From: Eledone cirrhosa
Lineage: Eukaryota
Direction of reading: 5' to 3'
NCBI GenBank assembly: GCA_964016885.1
Contig: OZ024743.1
Span: 80,290,001-80,354,000, forward strand
DNA: 64,000 nt
Position numbers and translations under genes: made by a program. This document shows, one piece after another, positions 25,229 through 38,672 of the stretch; within the stretch, counting starts at the first letter, position 1, and every line of letters starts with the position of its first letter. The notes beneath the pieces are model-generated. The model saw only the letters and a program-made list of their open reading frames with translations. It did no database searches and was not told the DNA's origin.

Positions 25229-25629
25229 TGTAATAAACAACATAAGGCAATTATTCCATTTACCAGTGGTTTCTTATATATATATATATGCACATATATA
25301 TATATATATATATATGCACATCTTACCATAGAAAATAGTGAAGAACTACACTATATATATATGTGTGTGTGTGTGTGTGTAGCTGTAGGAATGGCTGTGT
25401 GGTTAAATAATTCGTTACGTAACCACTTGGTTTTTAGTTCAGGCTATGTGCCTTCTACTATATGTTTGGATTGGTGGGGTGGGGTGGATAGGAGTTATGA
25501 TAGAGGAATGGGAGAGAGGAGGGTGTTGATAGGGAGGTGAAGGAAGAGAAGTGGAGAGTTCTATCATGAAATTGATTGGTTCTGGACTGGTCACCACTCC
25601 GGTGGAAAACTGGACAACCAACTATTGTT

Positions 25630-25778
25630 GGTACCAGTGTTTCTTCAGTCGAGTGCACTGGACCAACGGGAAATGAAGCGACCCGCGGAGAAAATATTAT
25701 TCACTGGGTCCCGGAATCGAACCCAACACCTTATGATCGTGAATCGAACACAGTATTTATTATGTCACACTTCTTCAT
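25630..25778 (-). mobile_element. Diverged tRNA-derived SINE (family of 43878-44025)
   Basis: Minus strand GGTGTTGGGTTCGATTCCGGGACC...TTCATTTCCCGTTGGTCCAGTGCACTCGACTG. Confidence 0.6.
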
Positions 25779-26164
25779 GTCAACAATTTAGTCGACGTTT
25801 GTCAACTAACACCCATTGAGGGTGAGCATCAAATAGTGTTAAACAGAACACAAATCAATACAGCGCAAGGCAGTTCATCCGACACTAACTCATTTAGCTA
25901 CCTTGGAGTAGCATTATACTGAAGCACACAACTGTAAATAGTAGGAGTATTGTAAGATGGACGAATGTTTCGTTGATTCATGAATCAGGATTCAGAAAAT
26001 CACAACTGCATGGGTTCCTGACAGACTTGAAAGGATCCATCAGGGCGGTACTTCAATATTACACCCATGGAAAGTGGTATGTACATACACTGTCACACCC
26101 AGAGAATCACAGCCACGGGTGGTCTCTCCGCCCCAGGGAGAAACCCAGAACCACATACTGTATT

Positions 26165-27545
26165 ACAAAGCCAGAAACATACAGATCTACACATACATAT
26201 TCAGAGCCATAAACACACATACACACACATACATATTCAGAGCCATAAACACACATACACACACATACATATTCAGAGTCATAAACACACATAGCTACAC
26301 CCACACATACACACACACATACATATTCAGAGTCATAAACACACATAGCTACACACACACATACACACACAGATACATATTCAGAGTCATAAACACACAT
26401 AGCTACACACACACATACACACACACATACATATTCAGAGTCATAAACACACATAGCTACACACACACATACACACACACATACATATTCAGAGTCATAA
26501 ACGCACATAGCTACACACACACATACACACACATACATATTCAGAGTCATAAACACACATACATATTCAGAGTCATAAACACACATAGCTACACACACAC
26601 ATACACACACATACATATTCAGAGTCATAAACACACATAGCTACACACACACATACACACACAGATACATATTCAGAGTCATAAACACACATAGCTACAC
26701 ACACACATACACACACAGATACATATTCAGAGCCATAAACACACATAGCTACACACACACATACACACACATACATATTCAGAGTCATAAACACACATAG
26801 CTACACACACACATACACACATACATACATATTCAGAGTCATAAACACACATAGCTACACACACACATACACACACATACATATTCAGAGTCATAAACAC
26901 ACATAGCTACACACACACATACACACACATACATATTCAGAGTCATAAACACACATAGCTACACCCACACATACACACACAGATACATATTCAGAGCCAT
27001 AAACACACATAGCTACACACACACATACACACACATACATATTCAGGGTCATAAACACACATAGCTACACACACACATACACACACAGATACATATTCAG
27101 AGCCATAAACACACATAGCTACACACACACATACACACATACATACATATTCAGAGTCATAAACACACATAGCTACACACACACATACACACACATACAT
27201 ATTCAGAGTCATAAACACACATAGCTACACACACACATACACACACACATACATATTCAGAGTCATAAACTCACATAGCTACATACACACATACACACAC
27301 ACATACATATTCAGAGTCATAAACACACATAGCTACACACACACATACACACACATACATATTCAGAGTCATAAACACACAGAACTACACACACACATAC
27401 ACACACGTACATATTCAGAGTCATAAACACACAGAACTACACACACACATACACACACATACATATTCAGAGTCATAAACACACATAGCTACACACACAC
27501 ATACATATTCAGAGTCATACACACACAGAACTACACATACTTATA
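26165..27545. repeat. ~52-54-bp CA-rich minisatellite (ACATACATATTCAGAGTCATAAACACACATAGCTACACACACACATACACAC)
   Basis: Read directly, about 25 units. Confidence 0.95.
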
Positions 27546-27689
27546 CAGAGTCACACACAGATATACAAGCACATACCCCACAAACACACACACAACACAC
27601 ACTATCACATACACACACACAGACATACATACAACCATACACACAAACACACCCCCATCTCTACCACACACACACTACCACATACACAC

Positions 27690-29065
27690 ACATACCACAC
27701 CACCACTATCACCACCACTACCACCACTACCACCACTACCAGCACCACCACCATCACCACCAACACCACTACCACCATTACCACCACCACTACCACCACC
27801 ATGACTAACCACCATCACCACCACTACCACCACCACCATCACCACCACCATCACCACCACTACCACCTCTACTACCACCACCACCATCACCACCATCACC
27901 ACCACCACCACTACCACCACTACCACCTCCACCATCACCAACATCACCACCACTACCTTCACCACCACCATCACCACCATCACCCCGACAACTACCACCA
28001 CTACCACCACCACTACCATCACCACCTTCACCACTACCACTACTACCACTACTACCACCACCACCACCACCACCACCACCACCACCACCACCATCACCAC
28101 CACCATCAGCCCCACCACTACCACCAATACCACCAGTACCAGCACCACCACCATCACCCCCACCACTACCTCCAGTACCACCACCACCACCATCACCCCA
28201 CCACTACCACCAGTACCCCCCCCCCCCACCCCACAACCATCTCCCCCACTCCCCCAATCACCCCCACTACCACCCCACCCCACCCCACCCCCACCATCAC
28301 CCACCACTACCACCAGTACCACCACCACCATCACACTCTTTCTCTTCTAATTGTTTTCCTTCATTTTTTCTCCTTCCTATATATTAAATTATATCGTTTC
28401 TCTGCCTTATTATTTCTTCACTGTATGTGTGTGTCTGTGTATGCATGTGTGTGTCTGTGTATGTATGTGTGTTTGTGTGTGTTTGTGTGTGTTTGTGTGT
28501 TTGTGTGTATGTATGTGTGTGTCCGTGTATGTATGTGGGTTTGTATGTGTTTGTGTGTGTCTGAGTATGTATGTGTGTTTGTGTGTGTTTGTGTATGTAT
28601 GTGTGTTTGTGTGTGTATGTGTATGTGTGTGTGTGTTTGTGTGTCTGTGTATGTATGTGTTTGTGTGTGTTTTTGTGTGTTTGTATGTGTTTGTGTGTGT
28701 TTGTGTGTGTTTGTGTGTGTCTGTGTGTTTGTGTGTGTTTGTGTGTGTCCGTGTTTGTATGTGTATTTGTATGTGTTTGTGTATGTCTGTGTATTGATGT
28801 GTGTTTGTGTGTGTATGTGTATGTATGTGTGTTTGTGTGTGTCTGTGTGTGTCTGTGTGTGTTTGTGTGTGTCTGTGTGTGCCTGTGTGTGTCTGTGTGT
28901 GTTTCTGTGTGTCTGTGTGTGTTTCTGTGTGTCTGTGTGAGTCTGTGTGTGTCTCTGTGTGTTTGTGTGTGTTTGTGTGTGTCTGTGTTTGTTTGTGTGT
29001 GTCTGTGTGTCTGTGTGTGTCTGTGTGTGTCTGTGTGTGTGTTTGTGTGTGTTTGTGTGTGTTGG
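27690..29065. repeat. Degenerate (ACC)n tract (27690-28335) followed by degenerate (TG)n tract (28420-29065)
   Basis: Read directly; source of the poly-His and CV ORFs. Confidence 0.95.
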
Positions 29066-29305
29066 TGAGGGAGGGGGGAATTCATTCGTATTTTTTCTTG
29101 TTTAACTTCCTGAATTCTTTTGTTTCATATTTCATTCTCTCTCTCTTTCTTTAATCAAACCCATCTCTCTCTCTCTCTCATTCACTCTCCCTCTCTCTCT
29201 CTCACTTTCTTTCTCGCTCTCTCTCTTTCTTTAATCTAACCTGTCTTTCTCCCACTCTCTCTATCTATCTTCCTTTTCTTTAACACTCTCCCTCACCCCT
29301 CCCTC

Positions 29306-29372
<67 letters not shown>

Positions 29373-29520
29373 CTGTCACTCTCCTTGTTCAGAGTTATAA
29401 ATCCCTTATCTATGTCCTTTCCCCTTCTTTCTCCTACACAGGATTTCACTCCCTTCTAGAATTTACTCTCCCCTATATTGTCTCTCTTACACCATCACTG
29501 TTATTAATCGCCCCCGTCTC

Positions 29521-29613
<93 letters not shown>

Positions 29614-30033
29614 AATAATAAATAAATGTCCCGTCTCTCCAACCTACCAAATTCTACCACTCACTGCCGCAGGCAAAACAACTGAATAACCAAGAATATA
29701 TTGTATTTTTATATTATATTATTATTTTTTAATGGTAATGCACCCTCATAGAGAGAGGGGGGGGGGAGATGGATAGAGAGAGAGAGAGGGTGAGGTGAGG
29801 AGAATATGAAGACAGACGGTGGAGAGAGAGAGAAATACATAGAGAGGAAGAGAGAAACACATAGAGAGGGAGAGAGAGGTAGAGAGGAAGAGATATGTAG
29901 CAGGTTGGAGAAGGTGGGGCAGCAGAGATATATAAGGGGGTGGCTGTAAGTTTAAAATATATCTAGATGGATGATGTGGTACAATGAGAGCGAAAATAAA
30001 TGAAAAATTATACACACACGTGTGTGTGTGTGT

Positions 30034-30109
<76 letters not shown>

Positions 30110-30337
30110 GTGTGTGTGCGTGTGTGTGTCTGTGTGTTTTCCAGAAAACAAAGAAAACAATCAAATAGATCGTTTGTTAGATCTAAGACTGTATCTGCCC
30201 AGCGTTTGAAAAAGGAGTTTTAGCCCTGAAATATGTCAGAAAACATTGGCTAAAACATTACTTTGTTTTCCTCCATTTACCGTCAATATTGTTCTTATCA
30301 TTTACTACATATCACACAATGCTTGCTGTTAATTACA

Positions 30338-30402
<65 letters not shown>

Positions 30403-30434
30403 AGATCAAAAGATGGTTAAAAGAGTTCCATGTA

Positions 30435-30501
30435 TTTTATTATGCGCGTTTCAAAAACAAATATCATCATGCAATAACATTTGCGTTTTCGTCAGATAAA
30501 A
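30435..30501 (-). ncRNA. Type I hammerhead ribozyme motif, slightly degenerate
   Basis: Minus: TTTTAT-CTGACGA-long stem II-GAAA-CGCGCA-TA-ATAAAA; stem III closing pair mismatched. Confidence 0.65.
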
Positions 30502-30678
30502 TAGGGAGACATGATATGAAGGTTAAAAAACACCTGTGAATAGTGCAGTTTTAAATTAAATATGTTAAAAACGATCTTTTGATCTTATATATTATTTATA
30601 CTCCAGTTCTACAAACTGTAGAGTGCTACTTATCCGATATCTGCATTGCTTTATTGTACTTCAATAAAACTCACTTCC

Positions 30679-30722
<44 letters not shown>

Positions 30723-30726
<4 letters not shown>

Positions 30727-30925
30727 AACGAGTAGGACCCCGACGGCTGAGCTCAAGCCGTTTCGACGGCTAATTCTGGACTCCTTAATTATGTCCAGAA
30801 TGTCGAAACGGCTTGAGCTCAGCCGTCGGGGTCCTACTCGTTCCTATTACCCACTCTACTACCCTAAGTATTGAGTACTTTGGTGAGTTATGGTCCACCT
30901 GGTTCCTTACCACATTTCCTTCGTT
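30723..30925. repeat. Foldback element with ~45-bp near-perfect inverted arms containing the 3' half of a hammerhead
   Basis: GGAACGAGTAGGACCCCGACGGCTGAGCTCAAGCCGTTTCGAC ... GTCGAAACGGCTTGAGCTCAGCCGTCGGGGTCCTACTCGTTCC; near-identical inverted copy at 53745-53930. Confidence 0.9.
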
Positions 30926-30975
30926 ATATATATATGTATATATATATATAAGTATGTACACGTTTCATTTTTTCC

Positions 30976-31048
<73 letters not shown>

Positions 31049-31071
31049 TATATATGTGTGTGTGTATATAT

Positions 31072-31118
<47 letters not shown>

Positions 31119-31120
<2 letters not shown>

Positions 31121-34100
31121 TTTTCTTTATTAACCACAAGGGTTTACATAAAGTAGACATTAAGGACAGTACAGGACAATACAGGGCGGTACAAATGGGC
31201 ATTTCTGCGTGTAAAAAAAAGAAACAGAGGATGTAATAATAGAACAATGATAAAATTCCCCAATAGGGGGGAAACTTCCGAGGGATATTCGTGGAAAAAG
31301 CCCATTAAAAAGCCACAGTGACCCTGACCACCAGATCTCCCAGTTTTCCACCTTTAATTTACAGACACATACTCAGAGAAGGCCCATTCACTCGGGCCAT
31401 TCTTGCCTCTCTCACCCATCTTTCAACAAAATGCTGGGAAGAGAGCACTTCCCTTTCTACCCTGATTTTCCTTTTCAAATGAAATTTGAAAAAGTTAATC
31501 AGGGCATCACCGAAGAGGTAAGTGCTCGTCTTCAGCCCTTTCAAACGTGTCCACCATACTATCTCTTTCGCCATGGCCACCAGACCGATAAAAACTGCCT
31601 GCCCTTTCCGGCTAAAGGAAGAGGGCGGGGCAATCCTTACGATGGACTCAGCTGATAGCTGGATCCGTCTTACACGCGACAGCAGGTATTCGACATAAAC
31701 CCACAAGTCAGCAATGTTCGGACACTGAATTGTGGACAGCCTATGCTAGACCTATCTATTTCTCTACAAAATACTCTATCTAGATATGATCTGGATGACC
31801 CTATACGATTTGTCCAAGTCCACATTGGCACATTCGGGAAATCCAATCGGTACCTGTCAGACAGTTCAAAACGCCTGAGCAGGTTGGTGAGGCTCTTGCA
31901 CCCTCCTCCCCTATCCGCTAATCCCACACAGTCCCAGCGTGAATCTAAGATCCCGTCCCAGTCGCCCACTAACACTAAAGAGCGGGACGTTCCAAGAAAG
32001 GTCTCCAGACGCCGGAAGAAATCAGGCCGCCCTGCTCCTGTCGGGGCATAGACGGCCACTAGCCTGAAAGCTTGCTCGTCTCCGCTGGTCACGCCAGCAC
32101 CACCAACTTACCTTCTGGGTCCAGGAAGATGGCCCGTATGGCGAGATACAAACCTCTCTGTAAAAGCACAGCAAACCCTCCCCTCCGATCCAGGACGGCT
32201 AGGGGATGCGTACACATCGTAGCCGCCGAAGATCGGTGCGAAGGCCCGTGCTTTGAAGATTCTGGTCTCACTGATGGCCACTACATCTATGTTTAGTGAC
32301 CTCAGGTCGTTGAGCAGGTGGCCCTGCTTCCATGACGACCCCAAGCCACGCGCATTTATGCTGCCTATTCTGAGTGAGGTCATGTTGAAATGGAGTGGAG
32401 AAGATGGGAAAGACCCCTTACCTTACTTCTCGTAGAGGAAGGATGGTTTCTCTATCCTTTTCACTGCTTGTGGCCTCCTCCGGAAGGATGTCCTTATAAA
32501 TCCTTCTGGAGAGTGCTTGTCGGAAGTCTCTGATATCTTTGGGGAATTTTTGTTTTAGTGTCGTGTACGTTTTCTGTGTGATGCGAGTGGTTTGTCTGTG
32601 AGGAGGTGGTGTGAACTTTTGGGTTGTTGTGTAGTCTTTTTCTGTGATGCTGGTGTTCAAAGTTAATGCTGTGTAGTGTGTATCGTTTTGGTTGTTTTGT
32701 TTGCGTTTGTTGTGGGTTTGTTTCTGTTTCGTTTTTGGTGACTCTTGTGGTGTTGGTGATGGTGGTGTTGGGGTTAATGAATGTGATGGTGTTGGTGTTT
32801 GTGGTGGTGGGGTTGGTGATGCTGGTGTGGATGGTGGCATATCTGTCCTAACTTTCTGTATTTTGTTTTTTGAGGGGAGGGAAAAGAATTTTTTCTTTTT
32901 TGGTTTCTTTTTTTCTTTTTTCCTGATACCGTTTCCCACTCTTCGTCGTCACAATCTGTCTCCAGTTGTGATAGGCTGGGGAGTGGAAAATCCTCCAGAG
33001 GCGTTGGTTTTGGTTGTGGCGCGGTGGATGATGTAGGCGCTGGTGCTAGTTCTGGCGCGTTGGGTGGTGGTGGTGTTGGTTTTGCTACTGTTGCTGGGGT
33101 TGTTGCTGTTACAGTTGCTTCTGTTGTTGCTGCTACAGCTGTTGCTGCCATCTCTGCTGCTGGTGGTGTTGATGGTTGAGTCACTGGGGTTGGTAAGTGA
33201 GGTGCCCTCAACCTTTTAGCCTGAGGGCAGAAAGCCCTTAGGTGGGTTCCTTCACCACAAACGGCACACCTAAGCCTTCTGGCCTCGACGATTACGGTGA
33301 GGTGGCTGCTGTCAGTGAGGTCTATTACCTCTGGGATCTCCTCAATGCTTTTTTGGTCCGCTTGGATCAGGAGCTCCATCCCTGATCCGGACCAGTTCTC
33401 CTGCTTTTCTTTCGCTATTTCGATTATCTTGGTGTTGGCTTCGATGCCGGCGAGGGCAGCTGCTATTTGCCAGGGAATTTCGATGGCCGGTGGAACGTGG
33501 GTCACCCTGATCTTTACGAGTCTCTGGCCACAACAGCTTGGGATGAGTGTGAAGTCGTCACTTCTTAATGGGGCCATGGAGTGTTCTCTAGCCTCCTGTG
33601 GTGTTTCAAAGAACACGTGCATGGTTCCATATTTCTGCCCACGTCTGATGTGGGTTTTTTTGCCCACGCATGTTCCAAAGCTCTTTGGATTTGGGACTCG
33701 GATGCCCGTTCCACTCGGCGCGATTTTATATTAATTGTTCGATAAGACATGGTGCATAGGCGCCGATGCTCCATTTTATTAGGTGTGTGTGTGTGTGTGG
33801 GGGGGGGGGGGAGACTGACCCTGTACCCATCTTTCTTTACCATTTTTTTGGCTTCTTCTAATTCCTCCTGAGTTACCTGAAATGCTTCGCACTGTTTTGC
33901 TACTCTGGCAAACGTCAGGGTGGTTTTATTCTCATTGTTGTTGTTGCTGTTGTTGTTATCGTTATTTTTGTTATTGTTATTTTTAGTTTCAGTTGTGGTG
34001 GCGTCAGTGGTGTTCGGTGTGGAAGAGTTCATTCTGGATGAATCCATTTCGATGTCACGAGATAATTTATTTTTTTCTTTTGTTTCTGTTGTCGCTGTGG

Positions 34101-34509
34101 TGGTGGTGGTGGTGGGGGTGGCGGCTTCAACATCTGCAGTCATTGGTAATGGCGGGAAATGAATGTCTGCATGAGACAAATTTAAATTATTGCTACTGCT
34201 TATATTTTTAGTGTTGGCAAAAGTAGTAATATTTACAATGGTGGTGTTGGTGTGAGGTGTTAGTTTGTGAGGAAGGTGTGACTGTGAGTCGTCCATGATT
34301 TTTATCAAAGAAATTTTTTTGTTTGATAATTATAAAAGTTTAAATTTTGGGCTCAAAGCCCCAATCTTTTTGAGTCTCCTTTGCCGAAAGCAAATTTTGT
34401 GACCTTATAAATAGTTAACAAACATTTTCCATAAATGGCAATTTTAAACAAACGAAAACAACAAACCTTTGCGGAGGTCACGATAATACGATTTCCTACG
34501 TAGGTCGCC
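31119..34509 (-). mobile_element. L1/Tx1-type non-LTR retrotransposon, both ends present, RT deleted, frameshifted
   Basis: ORF1 with CCHC knuckle CAVCGEGTHLRAFC. ORF2 APE endonuclease MTSLRIGSINARGL...ISET...VYAP...GDWD...SRSYLDR joined at ~31728 to C-terminal QCPNIADLW. Flanked on both sides by (AAT)n. Confidence 0.92.
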
Positions 34510-34554
<45 letters not shown>

Positions 34555-34556
<2 letters not shown>

Positions 34557-35783
34557 TTTCATTTATTAGCCACAAGGGCCGACATGTAGGGGACAATACA
34601 AAGACAACGACTGTGGGGGTTTACAATAGGGTCGAGTAAAAGTGCACAATGGCAAGACTAATTTAACAATGAAGATGTAAGAATATAAAATAAACTATGC
34701 ATAAATATAACAAAATAAATTCCCCGATAGGGGGTGGACGACCCTGGTGTGACTCGGGTAGCCCACCAATCCTGAACCACCCTGCGCTTCTAGGGCACCC
34801 AGAGAGAGCACCCCTCTCCTCAAGTTAGCTAGCTTATAGGCGCATGGTCAGAGTAGGCCCATTCACACGAGCCATTCTCGCCACATTCATCCACCTTTTA
34901 GCAAATGTACTGGGGGGCAGCACTTCTCTCTCCACCCTCACCTTCCTTTGCAGGTGGAACCTGAAGAAGTTGATGAGGAATTGGCCTAAAAGAAAAGTGT
35001 CTGTCTTCAGTCCGTTTAACCTGGTCCACCATATAACCTCTTTCGCAACTGCCACCAGACAGAGGAAAATTTCCTGCTCTTCCTGACCTAAGGAAGGCAG
35101 CGGGTCGATCTTCACTATGGACTCGAGCGATAGCCGGATTCGTTCCACACGCGACAGTAGCTGTTCAACATAACTCCACAAGTCAGTAATGCACGGACAT
35201 TGGACAAGTGCGTGCAGAACGGTTTCGTCGTTATGTGCGCATCTTCGACAGGTCCGTCTGACAGCACTTCCGTGCCTGTAGAGTTTATCCCGAACCGGCA
35301 GTGATCCCCGGTAGCACTGCCAAGCGAGGGATTTCTGAAAATTGTCCATCGTCCCCGGCTCGAAAATCCTCCGATACACACTGGTCAGTTCGATTTCGTC
35401 GAGGCCCAAAGCTTCTCAGAGTGCGTCATCGCACTTGCCCACCATTAATCCTCTATAGAACTCGAGAGTGGAAGTTCCACTGATCGCATTGCCCGCTTGG
35501 TAGAGGGCAGTGAGTGCCTGGCAATATTCCAGGTGCCAGTCACCCAGTCTCGGTCTCTTCTTGACCCAGGACTGCAGCTCAGTCAAAGAAACGAGCTGCG
35601 GAAAGGCCCATCTGATAAACGGCTACCACACCTGTTCGCCGTTTAGGCAGAATATCTGGAGATGTCGCAGCCACAACGCATGTCTGCGCATCATTAGCCA
35701 TGGCGTGCTCAGCCCTCCACGTAGAGGGTTCTGGCAGCAGATGGACCGCCTCAATAACGGAACTTGTCCCCTCCACCAGAATG
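34555..35783 (-). mobile_element. 5'-truncated L1/Tx1-type element (post-RT region and 3' UTR)
   Basis: LAWQCYRGSLPVRDKL...CRRCAHNDETVLHALVQC zinc-binding motif; C-terminus similar to 31359-31706; 3' end CCCTTGTGGCTAATAAA then (ATT)n. Confidence 0.9.
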
Positions 35784-36440
35784 CAGTCCTATAGCTCCAA
35801 CCAAATGCCTAAACATGCACGACAGAGCTGCACAATACATACATTGGATAATGTGTAAGCATTTTGACCTGCCCCATCAAAAGAATTGGTGGGAGAATCA
35901 ACCACCTCCCGTACTTGAAAAAGATCACATCTTAATCTTGTGGAACTTTAGCATCCAAACAGAGCGAAAAATAGATGCAAATAGTCCTGATATGATACTG
36001 AAGGACTTTAAAAAAGGGTATGCCTGCTAATTGATATGTCCGTTCCAATAGACAAGAATGTATTTATAAAAACATTTGAAAAATCGAGCAAGTATAAGGA
36101 CCTGGAGATAGAAATTGGAAAAATGTGGAAATTGAGAACTAAAACAATACCAGTGGTTGTAGGCGCTCTAGGAATGATACCTATGGAGTCTAGTGATTAC
36201 TTATCGCAAATCCCAGGAAACCCGCGTATAGGAGGAATACAAAAGATAGTACTAATGGGAACTGCCCATATACTAAGGAAGATTCTGTCAATATAAGTAC
36301 ATCACAAGTCTAAACACCTAAAGATGCATGTGTGTGTATGTATGTAGTTTCTTGAACATGGCGGACCTTGTTGTCTCTTGAGGTCACTGGTTGTGACTTG
36401 GTGATAACTCGTATGAACATATAACAAGATAAATGCAACT

Positions 36441-36441
<1 letters not shown>
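35779..36441 (+). mobile_element. 5'-truncated R4/Dong-type (restriction-like endonuclease) retrotransposon
   Basis: HDRAAQYIHW...LWNFSIQTERKIDANSPDMIL...KYKDLEIEIGKMW...PVVVGALG; one frameshift; ends in (TAA)n. Confidence 0.9.
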
Positions 36442-36487
<46 letters not shown>

Positions 36488-36489
<2 letters not shown>

Positions 36490-37300
36490 GTCTTTGAGAA
36501 AACTGAATTTAGAGATCCACAGACATGGAACTGGTTGAAAAGAGGAGACATTAAACAGGCTACAGAAGGAATGCTAATGACTGCGCAAGAGAAGGCCCTC
36601 AAAACGAAGTGACTGAAACACCATATTTACAAGGAGGAGGCTAGCCCACTGTGTAGGATCTGTGGAGAGAGAGGGGAGACGGTGTCTCATATTGTATCCG
36701 AGTGTAAACACCTAGCCCAGACTCACTATAAAGGCTGGAGATATGAAGTGATGGGCAAGGTGATCCACTGTCACCTATGCAAAGTAAACAATTTACCACA
36801 TTCTGAGAAGTGGTATGAGTATAAGCCAGAGTCGGTGATGGAAAACGATCAGGTGAAGGTGCTGTGGGATTTTAGGATACAGACGGACAAGAAACTGGAA
36901 CACAATAGACCTGACCTGGTGGTTTTGGACAAGGGAAAAAGATCGTGCCTGATTGTGGATGTAGCCTGCCCATTCGACACGAGAGTGCAAGAGAAGGAGA
37001 GGGATAAAATTAACCGATACCAGGACTTGAAGTGGGAGGTAAAAAGGATTTGGAACTGCCATGAAGTCAAAGTGGTCCCGATTGTCATAGGCGCACTAGG
37101 TACTATCTCAAAGAGTTTCCAAGGATGGTTAAAGGAAATTGGTCCCGCCCCGCTTTTTGGAACATTTCAAAAGGCATGCTTGCAGGAAACAGCAAGAACC
37201 CTCCGATACGTCCTGAATATCTGAGGCTGCAGGTAGTGGCTTGATATTCATTTCAACAAACTTTGCAGTTAAATAACATCAATGACTGAGACTCAAAGAA
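36488..37300 (+). mobile_element. Second 5'-truncated R4/Dong-type element, different subfamily
   Basis: CRICGERGETVSHIVSEC (CCHC), RPDLVV...IVDVACP...KINRYQDL...PIVIGALG; (TAA)n on both sides. Confidence 0.92.
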
Positions 37301-37454
37301 CAATAATAATAATAATAATATTATTATTATTTATACTTATATATAAACTACATATAATTATAAACAGGAAAGGTCAGTATTTCTTATTTTTTACCGCCTT
37401 ATCACCAGTATGAAAAATAGCTCAATGTAAATACATCAGATGTATTACAGAGCA

Positions 37455-37695
37455 GGATTATAAAGTATAGAGCAATCACATCTATGTTTAATACATTTCA
37501 TTGCTGACAATCGTTTCTTCCAAACAGCCGTTTGGAATCATCCGAGCATTGGGAAAGTTTAAACATATAATCAAATTCGTTGGTTATGTGTTTAAACTTT
37601 GCCAATGCTCCGATGATTCCAAACGGCTATTTGGAAGAAACGATTGTCAGCAATGAAATGTATTAAACATAGATTAGATTGTTCTATACTTTATA
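37455..37695. repeat. Palindromic repeat with two back-to-back degenerate hammerheads (- ~37502-37548, + 37606-37652)
   Basis: TGCT-CCGATGA-TTCCAAA/TTTGGAA-GAAA-CGATTG-TC-AGCA and its inverted copy with core CGGATGA. Confidence 0.8.
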
Positions 37696-37713
37696 TATAT
37701 ATATATATATATA

Positions 37714-38672
37714 TCAAGTAAGAATATTTTCGAAACAGCGAGCGGGTTTGAAATTATAAATATAAACTATCGCCGTATTTTGACTAAAGAAATTAACGAA
37801 ATTATTTAGCCTGATAGTGGGGTTAAGAACCCTCGGAGAAATGGAAAAAGATGAGTATTGACGTACATGGGAGTCGAACCCACATATTTGATTATCCAGA
37901 CCACTGTGCTACCATTACACCAACACATCACCCGTCTTCTTCCATTCAAATTAGAAGCTATAATCTTAGCAACTGTAATGTCAAGTAAGAATGTACGTCA
38001 ATACTCATCCTTTTCCATTTCTTCGAGGGTTCTTAACCCCACTATCAGGCTATTTAATTTCTTTAATTTCTTTAGTCAAAATACGGCGATAGCTTATATT
38101 TATAATTTCAAAGTCGCTCGCTGTTTCGAAAATATTCTTACTTGACATTACTGTTGCTAAGATTATAGCTTCTAATTTGAATGGAAGAAGACGGGTGATG
38201 TGTTGGTGTAATGGTAGCACAGTGGTCTGGATAACCAAAGATGTGGATTCGACTCCCATGTACGTCAATACTCATCTTTTTCCATTTCTCCGAGGGTTCT
38301 TAATCCCACTATCAGGCTAAGTAATTTCTTTAATTTCTTTAGTCAAAATACGGCGATAGCTTATATTTATAATTTCAAAGTCGCTCGCTGTTTCGAAAAT
38401 ATTCTTACTTGACATTACAGTTGCTAAGATTATAGCTTCTAATTTGAATGGAAGAAGACGGGTGATGCCTTGGTGTAATGGTAGTACAGTGGTGTGGATA
38501 ACCAAAGATGTGGGTTCGACTCCCATGTACGTCAATACTCATCTTTTTCCATTTCTCCGAGGGTTCTTAACCCCACTATCAGGCTAAATAATTTCTTTAA
38601 TTTCTTTAGTCAAAATACGGCGATAGCTTATATTTATAATTTCAAAGTCGCTCGCCGTTTCGAAAGTATTCT

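Noticed and set aside
27801-28940. His-rich then Cys/Val-rich 379-aa ORF resembling a His-rich structural protein
   Set aside because: Made of degenerate (ACC)n and (TG)n tracts; no signal peptide or Gly/His modules.
37808-37845. Hammerhead in the 267-bp unit (CTGATAG...GAGAAA)
   Set aside because: Core is CUGAUAG, not CUGANGA, and stems I and III do not form.
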